Source: Fimbriosthenelais zetlandica (lineage: Eukaryota). Taken from it: 64,000 bases of DNA. The notes beneath the pieces are model-generated. The model had not been told where the DNA came from and searched no databases. It saw nothing but the letters and a program-made list of their open reading frames with translations. The stretch's first letter is position 1. Each line of letters starts with the position of its first letter. The stretch is taken from the NCBI GenBank assembly GCA_977030845.1, contig OZ365110.1, positions 21,762,001-21,826,000 of the forward strand, written 5' to 3'. Shown here piece by piece: positions 61,401 to 64,000 of the stretch. A program made the translations under genes and the position numbers.

Positions 61401-63018
61401 CTACGAGTAACCTACTTAGAGAACTGTAAGCAGATTGTTTCAGGGTCTCCATTGTTTTGTAACAATATCACATTGAGAACAATGCGCTCAGATAACAACA
61501 AATCCCCCAGGCCTCCAAAAAATAATTTCCCACATATTACCATTTACAAGTGGAATTAAATATGGCCTAATATTAATTTATATCAGCGTTTCCAGGAGCT
61601 TTTCAAGAGATATTCTTGTAACAGAATAATTTCACTGCACGTTTTTGGGGTGTGGCTGGCTAAAAAGGGACGGGGTGGGGGCGGGGCATAGAAATGTCTT
61701 CCCTCAAAAAAGCCTGTGCACGATATCCTGTACGTTGGATACTGTATGTTTACCATTAAATCATAAAATGTCTCTTTTTAAGGAGATTTTATTTCACCGA
61801 CTGTATGAGTATTGAATATTTTTAACATTTGTGTCATGAAATCTCAAGTGAAATTATCTATGAAAACCAATTTATTTCTCTATGGGGAAAATTGCAAAGA
61901 GTGACAAATGGACAGGAAAATTGGAAGTAAAGGTGTAGGTCTTTAAATTGGATCATGTTCACACCTGTTTTATCATATCCTAAAAGTTAAGGCATGTATG
62001 TATAAATCCCTGGGGATCAGTGTCTGTATTTTATGTCTACTTTAAATAATATTCACATAAATTCTTCTGAAGTTTCGTTCAGGAAAATTAAGAAAGTTAG
62101 AGCACAGATCTCATATAGACGGTATTATGGGAACACCTGGAGTTGGTGGGAGTCTCTGGCAATAGCTAATGTTAGTAGCTGTTGCCGTGACAGTGCTTCC
62201 TCCCCCTGCTCCCGCTTAATGTGTGTGAGTGTGTATTGGCTATGCAGGCATAGAAGCAGGCAGAGAAGGCTGGAGCCCGGCTGCTGCCAGTGTTGACGGG
62301 CTAGTCTGTCGGATACGGACGCTCACCAAGCAGGGAGGCTGTAGTGCAGAGGATCCAGGGGGAGACCTCACTCACAGCCATTAAATACCAAAACCTACTG
62401 CCATTACTTTACTCTGTCCCTGCCCTCCTAACTCCCCCACTCTGACCAACCAGCCACATCCTTTAATCTTACTTCTCACGGATACAAACCCAGGCTAGGA
62501 TTTGGACTAGCATTAGGAATTCAAGGCTAGCAGCTAGCCAACCTTCTCCTCCTCCTTGAAAAGCAGCACAGGGAGGAGGGGCGGAACATGCTGCGTGAAC
62601 TGAGTGGATGTAAACCTTAGGGAAGGAATACTAGATCCTACAGAAAGGCTGTGGCTGGCACGGGGAGAGGGAAGAGAAGAAGGCTGCTAGCCTAAACTTG
62701 CCATCGCCATCTCTCCATTCTATCTACTCCTTCTCCTTAATTGTGGGATATTTCACGATTCTGCTTGTAATGTGTGTTCGGGCTAAACATTAACTGACCA
62801 CCGCCCACTTCAGCAAATGACCACAACCTTGACCATCCAACCGACACAACCACCCAGCAATACCAGACACGAGTCTAAAGGACAACTGGATGCTATATGT
62901 CATGAGCTAGTTTCAAAACCCCATCGGCTACATTTGGATTTAATATTATTAATGCCACTTGAAGTATTGGATTGCTATCTAGAATAGTGTTGCATGCACT
63001 TGTACATGACTACTTCAG

Positions 63019-63327
63019 GCAGTCGGTGCATTGTTTCTAAACGTTCTAACATTGCTGATTCCTCCACTGGCGGTTCTTGTTGGATTCTATGATATAGCAA
63101 GGCTAGATCACTCAGCATCATCTTCTAAAATCATCATGGAGCATAGAATGTGGAACCACCACCACCACCACCATCATAGTGGTGGTCACCACCACCATCA
63201 GCATCACCACCACACCAACAACCACCACCATCCTCCCCACCATAGGCGCCCCTCCCACAGACTTCTCCCCTCCCAGCATCAAAGATGGGGAGCCCCTCCC
63301 CCTCCCAATCAACCCGTCACCACTGAG
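63019..63327 (+). CDS. His-rich coding exon (alternative first exon from ATG 63136, or in-frame cassette from 63019), probably of the gene starting at 48.6 kb
   Basis: MEHRMWNHHHHHHHSGGHHHHQHHHH...PPPPNQPVTTE|gtagga, phase-0 donor at 63327/63328; a weak cttcag acceptor at 63018 is also in frame. Confidence 0.5.
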
Positions 63328-64000
63328 GTAGGACCCTATTACAGATTTTGGAAAATTTTCAAGAAATAATGGTGGAAGAGAAGCATGGAAAAGAGGAGGT
63401 GTTGTAGGGAGTTTACAGCAGGCCTGCGTTGTGGCAATATGCCAATGTTGCTTACCACCATTCATATGGGTTGTAAATAGGTTGCTCTGCTGGAGCTGTG
63501 TAACTAAGCCTATTCCTTAAATCCATGATTATTTCTAGTTCCTTCAACAATAGCCTTAAAACTGACCAAGCTATAATAAGATTCATGGCAAAATAATTGA
63601 ATTTCAATAGTTAGATATAAAACCACCATTATCATCTCTTTGTGCACTGGAAATATATTAATCATGGCACCATGTGTGTGGAAAGTTTATGCTATCTTGT
63701 GTATAGATCTGTATTTATTGAATGGATTTAGATATAATACAAAGTATGTGCAAAATGTGGCTGCACTGACGTGTATATGCAGGTTAGGTGGGTAGCCAGG
63801 TTGGCCGGTGGATGGATGTATGGTCAAGCATTACACACAGTCGTAGCATGACAGCTGCTCTGGGGAGATCGATTAATTTGGAGGCCTATAATGTGCAACA
63901 TATTCTCCAGCCTGCACTTGTAGGTCTAGTGGGTCTCATTAGCTTTTATACAATATACAGACAAATTCGGTTGCAGCGCTTTACAGATTCATATGCATGG

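Overview
AT-rich, intron-containing genomic DNA from an animal. An invertebrate bilaterian, possibly a non-vertebrate deuterostome, is my inference from gene architecture and repeat types; the taxon cannot be proven from the sequence. Gene models were built by hand from ORFs and GT-AG splice sites: (1) the last two exons of an unidentified membrane protein (3.1-3.5 kb, +); (2) a complete 13-exon RAVER1/2 gene (10.0-19.1 kb, -); (3) a 4-exon secreted protein with acidic repeats and a chitin-binding CBM14 domain (22.3-23.8 kb, +); (4) an 11-exon choline transporter-like SLC44A1-type gene (29.0-34.7 kb, +); (5) a 5-exon membrane-bound, vertebrate-type tyrosinase (36.0-40.0 kb, -); (6) PNRC (44.4-46.3 kb, -), head-to-head with (7) the 5' part of a large unidentified gene with a polyQ exon and a distant poly-His exon (48.6 kb to the window end, +). 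Mobile DNA comprises a tRNA-derived SINE, two apparently identical, inverted 1471-bp TIR elements with 7-bp TSDs, a 3.3-kb EnSpm/CACTA-type non-autonomous element with internal tandem arrays and a fold-back, and hAT-like and Tc1/pogo-like MITEs. The most notable observations are the 7-bp-TSD element pair, a sharply bounded ~24-kb domain rich in the palindrome TAGGCCTA (several insertions sit at or next to it), a candidate recursive splice site with a poison RS-exon, and the tyrosinase with MITF/TFE-type boxes. No prokaryotic-type system (CRISPR, rRNA, operon) is present.
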